From: Paraspadella gotoi
Lineage: Eukaryota; Animalia; Chaetognatha
Length of the DNA stretch: 8,717 bases
Direction of reading: 5' to 3'
Assembly (NCBI GenBank): GCA_051294375.1
Contig: JBJCIZ010001288.1
Location: 1 to 8,717, forward strand
Part shown: positions 8,159-8,717 of the stretch, one piece after another
Position numbering within the stretch: position 1 is the stretch's first letter
Layout: each line of letters starts with the position of its first letter
The notes under the pieces: generated by a model
Database searches by the model: none
Told to the model about the DNA's origin: nothing
Seen by the model: only the letters and a program-made list of their open reading frames with translations
Program-made: the position numbers and the translations under genes

Positions 8159-8574
8159 ACAATTTAGAGACAATGACGAGCATCACATTTAAAATTCACA
8201 GTGAAAACCGATTCTCTCACGTGAAATCAATCGATTCACGGAAAACAATCACCGCGGGATGTGAAGCTTCACTTTATTTTCATCACAACGAGTTTTAGAT
8301 TCACACAGAAAGGGCAAATTCATGCTAATTTGTCAAATAATTGACTTATAAAATTGTGTAATTTTGTTGGTTTTTTTTTGCTTAACTTTTTCAGGGTTTT
8401 CTGATTCCATTACAATTTGCAATAATTTTTAAACGCCATCCACTGAGATAAAATATTTATATTGATATTTTTTTAAAATTTTGATATTATTATTTTTAAT
8501 CTTAAGATTTCCCTCTTCACTCGATTATTTTCACTTCAATTTTATTCTCATTTTTCTTTCCAATTTTTTTTCTC

Positions 8575-8613
8575 TCACCGTTTTATCACCGTTTTTATCA
8601 TCGTTTATCACCG
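8575..8613 (+). repeat. Short ~11 bp tandem repeat (atcaccgtttt, about 3.5 copies)
   Basis: tcaccgttttatcaccgtttttatcatcgtttatcaccg is read directly. Confidence 0.75.
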
Positions 8614-8717
8614 AAATTTTAGATCTTCTTCGTTGGCGACGAAAAAATCTTGAGATAAAAAATTAATATCGATCAAAATGACAAACTTCGAAATTTTTGG
8701 TGCAAAAAAATAAATTT

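Noticed and set aside
8370-8452. 3' splice site (cttaac…ttttcAG at 8394) followed by GFLIPLQFAIIFKRHPLR-stop
   Set aside because: The signal is plausible, but the peptide is short and unrecognised and no upstream exon is supported.

Overview
This window is AT-rich eukaryotic-looking non-coding DNA; I cannot assign a lineage. It has long purine/pyrimidine low-complexity tracts, several microsatellites and minisatellites, and one 25-N gap (7448-7472). I found no credible protein-coding, rRNA, tRNA or CRISPR feature. The listed ORFs are translations of simple repeats or short chance ORFs. The main structure is internal duplication, in the order A' (1-900), unique (900-2040), B1 (2039-2855), A (2868-3766, reverse complement of A'), unique, N25, B2 (7473-8158), unique. 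The copies differ mainly by scattered small indels. B1 carries a strong excess of C over B2: by hand count 132 C in 755 nt versus 39 C in 638 nt, so about 80% of the length difference is C. This superficially resembles C-insertion editing. The simplest explanation is unpolished single-pass long-read sequence patched into an assembly gap, with redundant or chimeric copies. I do not see solid evidence for a new biological system; the C-biased copy pair and the B-A junction deserve a raw-read check.
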